From: Myxococcota bacterium
GTDB lineage: Bacteria; Myxococcota_A; UBA9160; UBA4427
DNA length: 64,000 nucleotides
Reading direction: 5' to 3'
Assembly (NCBI GenBank): GCA_036336835.1
Contig: JAYZFK010000082.1
Coordinates: forward strand, 21,252 to 85,251
Part shown: piece by piece, positions 20,174-30,674 of the stretch
Position numbering within the stretch: position 1 is the stretch's first letter
Layout: the number at the start of each line of letters is the position of its first letter
Notes under the pieces: model-generated
Seen by the model: only the letters and a program-made list of their open reading frames with translations
Told to the model about the DNA's origin: nothing
The model's database searches: none
Made by a program: the position numbers and the translations under genes

Positions 20174-22108
20174 TCAGCCCGGCATCGGCTCGGGGTCGGG
20201 AAGCTTGCCGTCCGCGACCTCGTCGTCCGTCTCTTCGGGAGAAACGGGCGGCGTCTCGGACGGGTCTTCGTCGCCCCCGGACTCGACCGGGCTCGGCAAC
20301 GGGGGGAGCGATGCACCCTTCATAATCAACGCGAGATCGCTGGTCTCGAGCGTTTCACGTTCGAGCAGGGCCTGGGCGATGGTCTCGAGCTTGTCGCGGT
20401 GTTGTTCGAGCTGACTCTTGGCCTCGGCGTAGTTCCCGTGAAGGATCACCGTGATCTCCTGGTCGATCTCGCGCGCCATAAAGCTGCTGTAGTCCTTGCG
20501 CGCCACGATGTCGCGACCCAGGAAGACATCACCGCCCTCCGGATTCGAGTAGGCAACAGGCCCGAGCTTGTCGCTCATGCCGTACTCGCAGATCATGCGG
20601 CGCGCCCAGTCGGTCGCCTGCTGCAGATCGTTGGATGCGCCTGTCGACAGATGGCCGAAGACCAGCTCCTCGGCCGCACGCCCCCCCATGGCGTGCTTGA
20701 TGATCGCCAGGATCTGCAAGCGCGTGTAGTTGAGGCGATCCTCGACTGGGAGCGTCTGCGTCAGACCGAGCGCCATGCCGCGCGGGATGATGGTCACCTT
20801 GTGAACGGGATCGGAATCCTCGGTCAGGAGCGCAACGAGCGCGTGCCCCGCCTCGTGGTAGGCGGTGATGCGCTTGTCCTCCTCACTCATGATCATGCTG
20901 CGCCGCTCGGCTCCGAGCAGCACTTTATCCTTGGCATGCTCGAAGTCGCTCCGCGCGACCCGTGCGACATCGCGGCGCGCTGCCAGCAGCGCCGCCTCGT
21001 TGACCAGGTTCTGCAGGTCTGCGCCGGCGAAGCCCGGAGTCCCGCGCGCGATCACCCCGAGATCGACGTCGCTCTCGAGCGGCACGCGGCGGACGTGGAT
21101 GCGCAGGATCTGCAGCCGCCCGCGCACGTCGGGGCGCGGCACGACGACGCGGCGATCGAAGCGGCCCGGACGCAGCAGCGCAGGGTCGAGCACGTCGGGG
21201 CGGTTGGTGGCCGCGATCAGGATCACGCCCTCGTTGCTCTCGAAGCCGTCCATCTCGACTAGCAGCTGATTGAGCGTCTGCTCGCGCTCGTCGTGACCGC
21301 CGCCAAGGCCAGCGCCGCGGTGCCGACCGACCGCGTCGATCTCGTCGATGAAGATGATGCAGGGGGCTTGCTTCTTGCCCTGCTGGAACAGATCGCGGAC
21401 GCGCGAGGCGCCGACGCCTACGAACATCTCGACGAAGTCCGAGCCGGAGATCGAGAAGAAGGGCACGGCTGCCTCACCGGCCACGGCACGCGCCAGCAGC
21501 GTCTTGCCGGTACCCGGCGGTCCCACGAGCAGGACACCCTTCGGAATTCGGCCACCGAGGCGCGTGAACTTCTTCGGCTCGCGCAGAAACTCGATGATCT
21601 CTTCGAGCTCGGCCTTGGACTCCTCGATGCCCGCGACGTCCTCGAAGGTCACCCGCTGCTGGTTCTCGGTCAGCAGGCGCGCGCGCGACTTGCCGAAGCT
21701 CATGGCCTTGCCGCCGCCGGACTGCATCTGGCGGATGAAGAAGATCCACAGGCCAATGAACAGCACGAGGGGGAACCACATCAGCATGATCTGGCGCCAG
21801 AAGCTGCTCTCTGCCTTGGGCTCGAACTTGAAGGTAATGCCGCGCTCGTTGAGCGATGTCGCGAGCTCGGAGGCGGCCTCCGGCGGTGCGTAGGTGGCGA
21901 ACTCGCCGCTATCACCGAGCTTGCCGGTGATATGACCGTCCTCGATCGTGACGTCCGAGATATCGCCGTCTGCCAGCTCGGTCAGGAACTCGCTATAGGC
22001 GATTTCAGGAGGTGCCGTCTCCTCTTGCCGGAGCAGGGTCACGAGCAGGAGGATCACCACCAGGATCACGACCCAGAGCGCCATGTTCTTGTAGAACTGC
22101 TGGTTCAA
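20174..22108 (-). CDS. ftsH: ATP-dependent zinc metalloprotease FtsH
   Basis: Two TM helices, [28 protein letters not shown]. Confidence 0.98.
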   Translation of the reverse strand: MNQQFYKNMALWVVILVVILLLVTLLRQEETAPPEIAYSEFLTELADGDISDVTIEDGHITGKLGDSGEFATYAPPEAASELATSLNERGITFKFEPKAESSFWRQIMLMWFPLVLFIGLWIFFIRQMQSGGGKAMSFGKSRARLLTENQQRVTFEDVAGIEESKAELEEIIEFLREPKKFTRLGGRIPKGVLLVGPPGTGKTLLARAVAGEAAVPFFSISGSDFVEMFVGVGASRVRDLFQQGKKQAPCIIFIDEIDAVGRHRGAGLGGGHDEREQTLNQLLVEMDGFESNEGVILIAATNRPDVLDPALLRPGRFDRRVVVPRPDVRGRLQILRIHVRRVPLESDVDLGVIARGTPGFAGADLQNLVNEAALLAARRDVARVARSDFEHAKDKVLLGAERRSMIMSEEDKRITAYHEAGHALVALLTEDSDPVHKVTIIPRGMALGLTQTLPVEDRLNYTRLQILAIIKHAMGGRAAEELVFGHLSTGASNDLQQATDWARRMICEYGMSDKLGPVAYSNPEGGDVFLGRDIVARKDYSSFMAREIDQEITVILHGNYAEAKSQLEQHRDKLETIAQALLERETLETSDLALIMKGASLPPLPSPVESGGDEDPSETPPVSPEETDDEVADGKLPDPEPMPG

Positions 22109-22265
22109 GGTTTCTCCCGACGCGCCACGCTTCTACCGCCCGGATCACAGGGCGCTGTCCCCAAGGGTGCTCCACAGCGCCGCTGCAACACGAGAGACCC
22201 CAGCAGCCGAACGGGAGTTCGCAGCAAGGCCAGTGTGCGTTCCATACTCGACTGCTCCCGCGAGG

Positions 22266-23300
22266 TTAGCACTCGCTCGGACTCGCCACCGGGACAGGAC
22301 GGGTAGGCCACTCGAGAACGAACGTCTCCCGCTCCGCGTACAGACGCAGCCCGCCCGGGAGCTCGATCACCTTGCCGGGCGTAGCCAGCTTCCCTCGTCT
22401 CAGAAAAGCCAGGACTCGCTCGATGTGACGCTGAGTCAGCTCCCGTCCGCCGCCGGCCCGCTCGATCAGCCGCTTCACCACCCGCTGTGCGAGCGGCTCG
22501 GGCAGCTCGATCCAGTGGTCTCGCTCAATCACGCTGCGTCCTTCCTGGCTCTGGACCCGCTGGGCGAACTCGCGAGCCACCAGTGCATCGATCCACTCCG
22601 CGTCCCTACGATGTGCTTCGGCAAGCCTGCCGAGAGTCCTGAGCAGCTGGGGATTGAAGCTGCGTGCGAGCTGCGGGAGCCAGTGGTGGCGCAGCCGGTT
22701 GCGCGCGTAGGCGTCGCTGGCGTTGGAGGCATCCTCGCGGAATCGCAGACCGCGCTCCGCGGCGTAGGCCTCGAGATCCACGCGAGCGACGGCGAGTAGC
22801 GGGCGCATGATGCGGCCGTCGGGCGAGGCCACCGGGATGCCGGCGAGTCCGTCGGGCGCGCAGCCGCGCAGCAGGCGCAGCAATACGGTCTCAGCCTGGT
22901 CGTCGGCAGTGTGGGCGGTCGCGATGACGTCGGCTTCTAGCTTCTGGAGCATTCGGCGGAGCGCCGCGTAGCGCAGACGCCGGGCCGCCTCCTGAAGCGT
23001 TGGACGCGAGCGGCTGGAGCCGCCTTCGCGCAGCGCCTGCGGGTCGACGCGCTCCAGTGCGAACGGGAGATCCAGACCCGTCGCCAGCTCGCCGACGAAG
23101 CGCGCGTCGGCCTCCGACGCCTCGCCGCGCAGGCCGTGATCGACGTGACCCACCGACAGCTCGAGCTCGAACCGGTCCTGGAGTCCCAGCAGGCTGTGCA
23201 ACAGCGAGACGGAGTCGAGCCCGCCCGAGACGGCCACCAACAGATGGCGACCCCGGAGATCGAGGGCATCGAGCGCCCGCCCGACTTCACGCTGGATCAT
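22266..23300 (-). CDS. tilS: tRNA(Ile)-lysidine synthetase
   Basis: AVSGGLDS PP-loop, HVDHGLRG, TAHTADDQAET, EDASN, RNRLRH. Confidence 0.95.
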   Translation of the reverse strand: MIQREVGRALDALDLRGRHLLVAVSGGLDSVSLLHSLLGLQDRFELELSVGHVDHGLRGEASEADARFVGELATGLDLPFALERVDPQALREGGSSRSRPTLQEAARRLRYAALRRMLQKLEADVIATAHTADDQAETVLLRLLRGCAPDGLAGIPVASPDGRIMRPLLAVARVDLEAYAAERGLRFREDASNASDAYARNRLRHHWLPQLARSFNPQLLRTLGRLAEAHRRDAEWIDALVAREFAQRVQSQEGRSVIERDHWIELPEPLAQRVVKRLIERAGGGRELTQRHIERVLAFLRRGKLATPGKVIELPGGLRLYAERETFVLEWPTRPVPVASPSEC

Positions 23301-23505
23301 CGAGCGCAAGCGTAGACCAGGAAATGGGTTGTGTAGAGCGGCATGGAGTGAATCGACAACGAGTCTTTCGGCCCACTGCGTGAGGTTCCAGACCCCATGT
23401 GAAAAACCCTAGCCGTCGCGAGCGCCCCGGGAATCGATCTGCGCGAGGCACCATCAGCTCCTCGAAGTACTCCAGGCGAGGTGAAATACAACCGAATCGA
23501 ATGAG

Positions 23506-23521
23506 CGGCACGCGACTTGCT
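23506..23521 (+). promoter_or_regulatory. Sigma-54 (-24/-12) promoter candidate
   Basis: CGGCACGCGACTTGCT = GG-N10-GC, matching TGGCAC-N5-TTGCW, about 40 bp upstream of the CDS at 23564. Confidence 0.6.
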
Positions 23522-23563
23522 TATAACTTGCTTCTAGTTGGCGGCGACTAGCAGGAGCATCCC

Positions 23564-24073
23564 GTGCACTTCCGACGATTGCGATCGAGTTACATGCTAG
23601 GGATCGGCGCCGCGGCTGTCGGACTTCTCACAGCCACGGTCCAGGCAACCCCGACCGACCCCTCTCTGGCGCTGCGCGCCGCGAGCGCGACGAGCGGCCG
23701 GGTCGTGATGCTTCGCATCGAGGGGAGCTTCCATGCGAGTGATCTCACGCAGGTGGCGTTCCCGCTCCAGGTTCTGGTCAGGGATCTCGACTCCGGTGCC
23801 GACTACCTGCGATACGACATCGCGCGCGGCGGCTTCAGCGGAACGGACTGGATGCTCGCCGACGGGCTGCAGGCGCGCGACGTGACCGGACTGCTGGCGG
23901 GCGGGACACCCGAGCCGACGGCGCAGCTGCTCGAGCTCAGCGAGGACCGCATCGACCTCACGCTCCCGAGCGAGTTCGCCGGGAGGCGGGTCGAGGTTCA
24001 GCTCTTCGTAGTGCACGGGGGCACAGCCGTGCTCTCGAACCCCCTTTCGCTCAGGATTGGAGAGGCGTCGTGA
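23564..24073 (+). CDS. Secreted hypothetical protein
   Basis: AGGAG RBS and GTG start; signal-peptide-like N-terminus (LLTATVQA); overlaps the next gene. Confidence 0.7.
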   Translation: MHFRRLRSSYMLGIGAAAVGLLTATVQATPTDPSLALRAASATSGRVVMLRIEGSFHASDLTQVAFPLQVLVRDLDSGADYLRYDIARGGFSGTDWMLADGLQARDVTGLLAGGTPEPTAQLLELSEDRIDLTLPSEFAGRRVEVQLFVVHGGTAVLSNPLSLRIGEAS

Positions 24074-25590
24074 TGCGGCGCGCTGGTCTCATCCTCGCGC
24101 TGCTTGGATCGACGCTCCTCGGGAGTGTCTGCGAGAGTGGACCGGACTCCGTGCTGGCAGGAGACCCGGCTGACCCCGTGACCGGACTGGTCTACGAGAT
24201 CGTTCCCGGTGCGCCGCGCATCGCTGCCGGACCAGACGGCTCGTTCGGAACTGACGACGATCAGGTCGGTCCCGAGATCGGGGACATCGACCTGGTGATT
24301 CGCTCGCTTGCAAGCTTCGTAGGCGCAATCCCGCCGACTGCACCACGACGCGCGGGCGGCGCGATCCCGACCGTCGTGGCGGGGCGTCTGGGTGTCGGCA
24401 CGGGCATCCCGTTCAGTCTCGCGCTGACCGACGGCGTCCTGCCGTTGGGCCCGCCGGTTGTACTCGACGACCTCTCGGACCTCCCGATGCTGGTGCTCGC
24501 GTATGCGGATTTCGACGGCGATGGCTACATCGGAATCACGCAGCTCGATGGCGATGCGCTCGACAGCGATGTCGAGGAGGCCGAGCTCGTTCCCATCGCG
24601 CGTCGCTATGCGTTCCTCCCACAGACTACGACCTCGGGTGAACTCTTCGCTCAGGCAGGTGGGCCACCGGGCGCCGAGCTCGACGTGGTGCTCTCGGTCG
24701 TCACCTGGGCGGGCCGACGGCGGCCCGGTTTCTTCTCGGGCGCCGTGCCGGACGGCCCAGCGCTCATGACGCGCCTCCCGTTCCATCCACTGACGAGCGT
24801 CCTCGACACCCTGGGCGACGATCCCGGTCCGGCGAGCGCTGGCTCACTGGTCGGCGCCGAGGTCCGGCCCGCCTTCGAGCCGGACCCCGGCGACCCGGCG
24901 ATCGGCGAGGCGTTCACCATGCTGCTGGACGGCTCCCAGCCCTCTACCGATCGGGCAAGAATCCGGTCGAGCGAGTTCGTCCGCTTCGGACTTGCCGTCA
25001 CGCCCAAGGCCGACTTCTTCGACGACATGCCGTCGCGCCCGTTGCGGCCCGGGTTCGACGACGCAGGAGCACGCGTGCTCTACGAGATCCTGCACCAGCT
25101 CAGCCTGCCAGACGATGGATCCTCGAGCGAGGCCACCGTGCGCGTGGTTCCGCTCGACGCATTTGGCAATATCGCGTCGCTCCCGATCGGCGAAACAGTC
25201 GAGCTGGAGGCATCGGGCTCACTCGAGATCCGCTGGCCGGACCGCGACGGGGATGTGCAACGCGAATCGCTCTCGATCCGCGACGGGCGGGGAGCGGATA
25301 TCGTGATCGACGACTCCGGCGGCGCCCTGGACGACGCCGACTGGGGCCGCTTGACCGTCACGTCGCCCAGCGGGATCTACTTCCTCGACGTCAGCATTCC
25401 CGACCCGGATGTGGATGATTCCGGCCTCGTCGACTTCGGCGATCTCATGCTGATCGGGGCTCTGGACGGCGCGCGCGTCGGCGAGGCCGAGTATGACAGT
25501 CGGTTCGACCTGGACGGCAACGGGCGGCTCCAGGACGACGACCTGGACGAGGCCGCAAGTCATCTGGGCGCGGCGGTCACGATTCCCTGA
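24073..25590 (+). CDS. Secreted or lipoprotein acidic protein with Ca-binding (EF-hand/dockerin-like) motifs
   Basis: Signal ending LLGSVC; DFDGDG, GPDGSFGTDDD, and C-terminal paired DVDDSGLVDFGDL / DLDGNGRLQDDDL. Confidence 0.7.
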   Translation: MRRAGLILALLGSTLLGSVCESGPDSVLAGDPADPVTGLVYEIVPGAPRIAAGPDGSFGTDDDQVGPEIGDIDLVIRSLASFVGAIPPTAPRRAGGAIPTVVAGRLGVGTGIPFSLALTDGVLPLGPPVVLDDLSDLPMLVLAYADFDGDGYIGITQLDGDALDSDVEEAELVPIARRYAFLPQTTTSGELFAQAGGPPGAELDVVLSVVTWAGRRRPGFFSGAVPDGPALMTRLPFHPLTSVLDTLGDDPGPASAGSLVGAEVRPAFEPDPGDPAIGEAFTMLLDGSQPSTDRARIRSSEFVRFGLAVTPKADFFDDMPSRPLRPGFDDAGARVLYEILHQLSLPDDGSSSEATVRVVPLDAFGNIASLPIGETVELEASGSLEIRWPDRDGDVQRESLSIRDGRGADIVIDDSGGALDDADWGRLTVTSPSGIYFLDVSIPDPDVDDSGLVDFGDLMLIGALDGARVGEAEYDSRFDLDGNGRLQDDDLDEAASHLGAAVTIP

Positions 25591-25634
25591 GACGGCGCGA
25601 CAGCGACCGTGCTCTGGCGTCGCCAGGAGCAGCG

Positions 25635-26279
25635 ATGGACACTTCTCAGCCAGACTCAGTCCAGCAGATGGACGCATTCGACCAGGAGTCGGACGCGATC
25701 CGCACGCTGCTCCTCGTGATCGTCGCGGTCCTCGCGCGACGCAGCAGCATCTCGCCAACCGAGCTGGACGCGGTCTTCTCGGTCGCCGGCGATCTGGTCC
25801 GTGCGCGCTGGGGACCGCACTCCGTGGCAGAGCGGGAAGTCAACGGCTGTCGCGAGGACTTGACCGGGTCTGCGCCCCACGCACAGAAGGCCCCAGCACC
25901 GGAGGATGGCTCCCACTGGGAGCGCGAGCGGCCGATCGAGGTTCTTCATCAAGTGGCGGACGCGATTCGCACGCTGCTCATCGTGGCCATCGCCGCGCTC
26001 AGGGGCGCGGGCCGGATCTCGCAACGCGAGTTGGACGCGGTCTTCTCTGCGGGGGGGGATCTGGTCCGTCAGCGCTGGGGGCCGCACTCGGCGGCGGGCA
26101 TCGTGATCAACGGCTGCCAGGACGACCTGACCGAGGCGCTCTCGGCGTTGGGCATGCACGGCGCGGGCAGGACTCGGACCGGGCTCTCCCCGGCGAGCAC
26201 CGAGCAACGCTGCGAGGCGGGGAACGCGCCGCCTGCCAGTCGATCCGCCCCCCTCGTTGCGCCGGCTCCCGGGAGCTGA
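25635..26279 (+). CDS. Hypothetical protein with an internal 58-aa duplication
   Basis: AGGAG RBS and ATG; two copies of DAIRTLL...ELDAVFS..GDLVR.RWGPHS....NGC..DLT. Confidence 0.75.
   Translation: MDTSQPDSVQQMDAFDQESDAIRTLLLVIVAVLARRSSISPTELDAVFSVAGDLVRARWGPHSVAEREVNGCREDLTGSAPHAQKAPAPEDGSHWERERPIEVLHQVADAIRTLLIVAIAALRGAGRISQRELDAVFSAGGDLVRQRWGPHSAAGIVINGCQDDLTEALSALGMHGAGRTRTGLSPASTEQRCEAGNAPPASRSAPLVAPAPGS
25692..26132 (+). repeat. Two 174-bp in-frame direct repeats (25692-25865 and 25959-26132)
   Basis: Manual alignment gives 37/58 identical amino acids with no gaps. Confidence 0.9.
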
Positions 26280-26325
26280 CCTTCCCGCCGGGCGGCACGA
26301 GCCGAACCGGCGCTGCGAAGCCCGC

Positions 26326-27195
26326 TCAAACGACCGCTGACGCCGTCCCGAGCAGCGCGCGGGTGGCGTCTGGCTTGTCGACCCACACGTCGCAGTGCAC
26401 GCGCTCGCGGGTTCCCTCCGGCTCGCGCTCGCGCACCTTGCCGTGCACGCGGATGCTCTCGTCGCACCAGATCACGTTGGTGAGCTTGACCGACATCTTG
26501 CCGCCCTCGAGCCACCCCTGGCCGAATCGGTCGAGCATGATCTGCGATACGAAGCAGGTGGACATCATTCCCTGGACGACGATGCGCGGGAAGCCGAGCT
26601 TCTTCGCCTGGTCGGCGTCGGTGTGGTAGTTCGCGCCAGGCCCCGAGAACATCCAGCAGCGCCGTTGGTCGATCGTGTGCTCGACGCTCGAGAGATCCTC
26701 GCCCGTGGCCGTGGGGAAGACCGGGCGGGACTTCGAGTCCTTTGTCTTCGCAGTGCCCTCGTCGACGACGAAGCCGTCGCCCTCCCCGTCCTCGGGCTTC
26801 GGCGGCAGGAACGATTGATGGGTCCGGCCCCGAACGAGCAGCCGGCCCTGCTGCGCATCGAGGACGTCGGTCTCGTTGACGACGTAGTTCCGGCCGCGCT
26901 TGTGGTAGCGCGAGACGATCGTCGAGCGCGTGCGAATGCAGCTGCCTATCTCGATCGGGGCAAACAGCTCCCAGTCCTGCTGCGCGTGCAGGTTCCCGAA
27001 CAAGTTCGCGAGATACCACTCGCCTACGAAGCGGAAGCACTCGGAGTGATGGAGCAGCGGCGGCGCCACGTGCTGGTAGAGCGGGTGATGATCGTCGAGG
27101 GCATCCTGGTAGAAGTCGACGACCTCCGGGGTGATCTCGTACTCGTTGATGCCGCAGTGGCGGCCGACGTGGGCGGGCTGTCCGGTCAGGTTCAC
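26326..27195 (-). CDS. MaoC-family double hot-dog dehydratase
   Basis: N-terminal hot-dog (DDHHPLY, HAQQDWELF) and C-terminal NYHTDADQAKKLGFPRIVVQGM. Confidence 0.8.
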   Translation of the reverse strand: MNLTGQPAHVGRHCGINEYEITPEVVDFYQDALDDHHPLYQHVAPPLLHHSECFRFVGEWYLANLFGNLHAQQDWELFAPIEIGSCIRTRSTIVSRYHKRGRNYVVNETDVLDAQQGRLLVRGRTHQSFLPPKPEDGEGDGFVVDEGTAKTKDSKSRPVFPTATGEDLSSVEHTIDQRRCWMFSGPGANYHTDADQAKKLGFPRIVVQGMMSTCFVSQIMLDRFGQGWLEGGKMSVKLTNVIWCDESIRVHGKVREREPEGTRERVHCDVWVDKPDATRALLGTASAVV

Positions 27196-27277
27196 GGTGC
27201 GTCCTCCGATGGTCGAACGTGTAGCGCGTTGGCTGGCGGGCGCCCGGCGGCTCGCCTATGCCTGCAGCGAGGTGGAA

Positions 27278-28795
27278 GTGACCGTGCACAACGTGGGCGG
27301 CTGGACTGCGCGCTGGGCCCGGGTGGCGCCCGACCGGCTTGCGGTGGTCGACGGCGATCTGCGTTTGACCTACGCCGAGTTCGATGACCGGGTGGCTCGC
27401 ACCGCCGGCTGGCTCGCCGGGCGTGGCGTCGCCCGGGGGGACCGGGTGGCGATCGTGTCGTCGAATTGCGCCGCCTACCTCGAGCTGGTGCTCGGGGCGG
27501 CGCGCGTCGGAGCGCTGTCCGTGCCGATCAACACACGACTGTCGCCCCGGGAGCTGGCGTTCCAGCTCGATGACTGTCGGCCGGCGTTGGTCGTCTGCGA
27601 GCCGGCGTTGCGCGAAACACTACTGGCCGCGGGCACTCAGACCTCGCACGAGCTCGCTCAACTGGTCGAGGTCGGCGACCGCTACGACCGCGAGCTGGCA
27701 ATCGCGCCGGCGTCCGGCGTGACGCCAGTCGCCGCCGACGATCCGATGATGATCCTGTACACCTCGGGCACGACGGGCTCACCGAAAGGAGCCGTGCTCC
27801 CCCATCGCAAGACCCTCTACAACGCGCTCAATGCCCAGCTGTACTTCGGCATCCGCAGTGGCGAGGACCGCGTGCTGGTCGCGAGTCCGCTGTTCCACTC
27901 GCTAGGCCTCAAGATTTTGTCGCTGCCCGTGTTGTATGCGGGCGGCACGCTGGTGCTGCTTCGACGGTTCGATCCGGCGGAGTTCTGGCGGGCCGTGACA
28001 CGCGAGCGGATCACCTACTCGGGCGGAGTGCCAACACAGTATCGCCGACTGCTCGAGCAGCTCGGGGGCGCGGCGCGCGAGCTCGATCGCAGCAGCCTGC
28101 GCTTCCTGTTCACGGCGGGGGCAGCTGTGGCACCGGAGACGGTACGGGCCTACCAGCGCCAGGGCCTCGTACTGAAGCAGGGCTTCGGGCAGACGGAGAC
28201 CTCCATCCTGTGCTGCCTGCACGAGGACGACGCGGTGCGGAAGGCGGGCAGCGTCGGCCGCCCGGTGTTCCACGCCGAGCTTCGGATCGTCGACCGCGAG
28301 TGCTGCGCCGATCCACCTGAAGACTGGCGCGAGGTCGCGTCGGGCGAGGTCGGCGAGATCGTCGTGCGCGGGCCGATCACGATGCTCGGCTACTGGGAGC
28401 GGCCCGACGACAGCGCCGAGACCCTCCGCGGCGACTGGCTGAGGACCGGTGACCTCGCTTCACGCGACGACGAGGGCTTCGTCACGCTCACCGGCCGGGC
28501 GCACGACATGTATATCTCGGGCGGCGAGAACGTCTATCCCGCGGAGATCGAGAGTGTGCTGGCCGAGCATCCGGCGATTCGCGAGGTGGCCGTGATCGCG
28601 GTACCCGATCCCGACTGGGGCGAGGCCGGGCGCGCCCACGCGGTGCTCGAAGCCGGGGCGACGCTGCGGCTCGAGCAGCTGCGCCACTGGGCCTCCGAAC
28701 GACTCGCGCGCTTCAAGCTCCCCCGCGAGCTCGTGATCGTCACCAGCCTGCCGCGCACGGCCAGCGGCAAGGTCCAGAAGCACGAGCTCGGCTAG
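27278..28795 (+). CDS. Acyl-CoA synthetase (AMP-binding, FadD/MenE-like)
   Basis: YTSGTTGSPKG, GFGQTE, RTGDL, ISGGENVYP, LPRTASGK. Confidence 0.92.
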   Translation: MTVHNVGGWTARWARVAPDRLAVVDGDLRLTYAEFDDRVARTAGWLAGRGVARGDRVAIVSSNCAAYLELVLGAARVGALSVPINTRLSPRELAFQLDDCRPALVVCEPALRETLLAAGTQTSHELAQLVEVGDRYDRELAIAPASGVTPVAADDPMMILYTSGTTGSPKGAVLPHRKTLYNALNAQLYFGIRSGEDRVLVASPLFHSLGLKILSLPVLYAGGTLVLLRRFDPAEFWRAVTRERITYSGGVPTQYRRLLEQLGGAARELDRSSLRFLFTAGAAVAPETVRAYQRQGLVLKQGFGQTETSILCCLHEDDAVRKAGSVGRPVFHAELRIVDRECCADPPEDWREVASGEVGEIVVRGPITMLGYWERPDDSAETLRGDWLRTGDLASRDDEGFVTLTGRAHDMYISGGENVYPAEIESVLAEHPAIREVAVIAVPDPDWGEAGRAHAVLEAGATLRLEQLRHWASERLARFKLPRELVIVTSLPRTASGKVQKHELG

Positions 28796-28857
28796 CGCCA
28801 GCCGCCTCAGCTCGCGGTCCGGTTCGATCGCCCGCGCATCGAGGAGCACGACGGTAG

Positions 28858-30216
28858 CTACTGCCAGGCGCTCGGCGGGAGCACGAAGGGATCCTCGGCT
28901 TTCTCGAGCCAGGCCGCGATCTGGTCCGCCAGCTCGCTGCGCTTCTGGGCGTGGTCGGGATCTTCGGCCAGGTTGTGCAGCTGATAGGGGTCGGCCGCGT
29001 TGTCGAACAGCAGCCAAGGTCCGTCGGACCGCACCGCGTAGGTCCAACGCGCCGTGCGGAAGCCGCGGAAGCGCGGAGCCGGGCGCCGCGCGGGCGGCAG
29101 GTGCTCGGTCCGACGGTTCAGGATGTGGAAGATCGGCTGTCCCGCCGGCTCGGGGCCGGGCTCGCCGCGCAGCCAGGGTGAGTGATCCTGGCCGGCCCAG
29201 TCTGGCAGTGGCGGGACCCCCGCCAGTCCCGCGATCGTGGGCGCCATGTCGATCGCGCCGAAGACCGCATCCACCTGCGTCCCCGCTGGCACCAGTCCCG
29301 GCGCCCGCACCAGGAACGGGATGCGGATCGACTCCTCGTACGGGAAGCGCTTGTTGCTCAAGCCGAACGATCCCTGCATGGCTCCATGGTCCGAGGTGTA
29401 GATCACGATCGTGGGGCGATCGAGGTCGAGCGCTTCGAGCCGCGCGAGCACGCGGCCGATCTCGTCGTCGATCGCGCTGATGTGCGCGTGATAGCCTTGA
29501 TACGAGGCAAAGGGCGAGGCGAGCTGCTGCGGAGGGCGGTAGTTGCGCCGGTAGGACAGCGCCCCTTCCGGGTAGAGCGCTCGCTTCTCGGCGGGTGCAT
29601 CCGTGAACACCGCATGCGGCGGATTCCAGGACAGCATCAGCAGCCACGGCCTCGAACGGTGTCGCTCGACGAAGGCGAGCGCCTGCTCGCTCATCACGCG
29701 GGCGTTGTAGCCCTCCTCGTTTTGGTGCCAGACATCGCGCACCGCGCCGACCCAGCGGCCGCCCGCGTGATCGTCACTGTCCTGCCACACGATCGAGCTG
29801 TCGAACCCGAACGCCGTCGCCGTCCAGTTGGCGAGATGGAGCTTGCCGACGTAGCCGGTGACGTAGCCGGCCGCCCGAAACGCCGTGGCGATCGTGGGCT
29901 CGTGTGCCCGCAAGCCAAATCCGTTGTCGATCACCCCGGTCTGATAGGGCCAGCGCCCCGACAGCAACATGGCGCGAAACGGCGCGCACAGCGGATAGTT
30001 GCTGATGGCGTGAGTAAACGAGGCCCCCTCGGCCGCCAGCCGATCGAGCGAAGGCGTCTGCAGCTCCGGCATCTCGCTGTGGCCCATCGAGTGCCAGCGA
30101 TGCTGATCGCTGAACAGCACGATCACGTTCGGCTGCGGCGCGTCGCTCGGATCGCTGCAGGCGGCCAGCGCGAGCGCTGCGAGCAGGATTGCGCACCCCC
30201 GTGCGGCGAAGCTCAT
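28858..30216 (-). CDS. Sulfatase (Cys-type), lipoprotein
   Basis: Lipobox LAAC, SDQHR, CAPFRAMLLSG (CxPxR), GKLH, TSDHG. Confidence 0.92.
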   Translation of the reverse strand: MSFAARGCAILLAALALAACSDPSDAPQPNVIVLFSDQHRWHSMGHSEMPELQTPSLDRLAAEGASFTHAISNYPLCAPFRAMLLSGRWPYQTGVIDNGFGLRAHEPTIATAFRAAGYVTGYVGKLHLANWTATAFGFDSSIVWQDSDDHAGGRWVGAVRDVWHQNEEGYNARVMSEQALAFVERHRSRPWLLMLSWNPPHAVFTDAPAEKRALYPEGALSYRRNYRPPQQLASPFASYQGYHAHISAIDDEIGRVLARLEALDLDRPTIVIYTSDHGAMQGSFGLSNKRFPYEESIRIPFLVRAPGLVPAGTQVDAVFGAIDMAPTIAGLAGVPPLPDWAGQDHSPWLRGEPGPEPAGQPIFHILNRRTEHLPPARRPAPRFRGFRTARWTYAVRSDGPWLLFDNAADPYQLHNLAEDPDHAQKRSELADQIAAWLEKAEDPFVLPPSAWQ

Positions 30217-30674
30217 CGGCGGGCGTGCTCCGCACCCTGATCGAGCGGCAGCGTCAGGACGACCCGGCCGGTCGCGTGATCCCCGAGCTGGTTGGCAGCG
30301 CGAATCTCGACCTCGACGACGATCTCCTCCCCCTCCTGACCGCTGCGAACGACCTGACCGCTGAAGCGCAGGATCTGGTCGGGCAGCGCCGGAGCGCCCA
30401 ATCGTATCGAGATGCTGCGCAACATCGCCTCGGATCCGGCCCAGTCGGTGACGAACCGCGCCACGTAGCCGTTGGTGGTGAGGATGTTCATGAAGACGTC
30501 CGGCGCGCCCTGTGCTGCGGCGAAGTCGCGGTCGTGGTGCGCGGGCATGAAGTCTCGCGAGGCGATCGCTCCGGCGACGATCACGGTCGCGGTGACCGGC
30601 AGATCGAACGGCGGCAGCTCGTCGCCGACGGCGATCGTTAGAGCCCGGTGCGCACCGTCGAATGGCCCGGTCAT
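30213..30674 (-). CDS. MaoC-like hydratase subunit (ChsH1-like)
   Basis: SRDFMPAHHDRDFAAAQGAPDVFMNILT...VTDWAG, resembling Mycobacterium ChsH1 as recalled. Confidence 0.8.
   Translation of the reverse strand: MTGPFDGAHRALTIAVGDELPPFDLPVTATVIVAGAIASRDFMPAHHDRDFAAAQGAPDVFMNILTTNGYVARFVTDWAGSEAMLRSISIRLGAPALPDQILRFSGQVVRSGQEGEEIVVEVEIRAANQLGDHATGRVVLTLPLDQGAEHARR

Noticed and set aside
23325..23360. Possible attachment-site copy of the tRNA-Met 3' end upstream of tilS
   Set aside because: Only loose similarity (GTAGAGCGGCATGGAGTGAATC versus GGTAGCGGTGGCTGGACTTGAACC), not an identifiable direct repeat.
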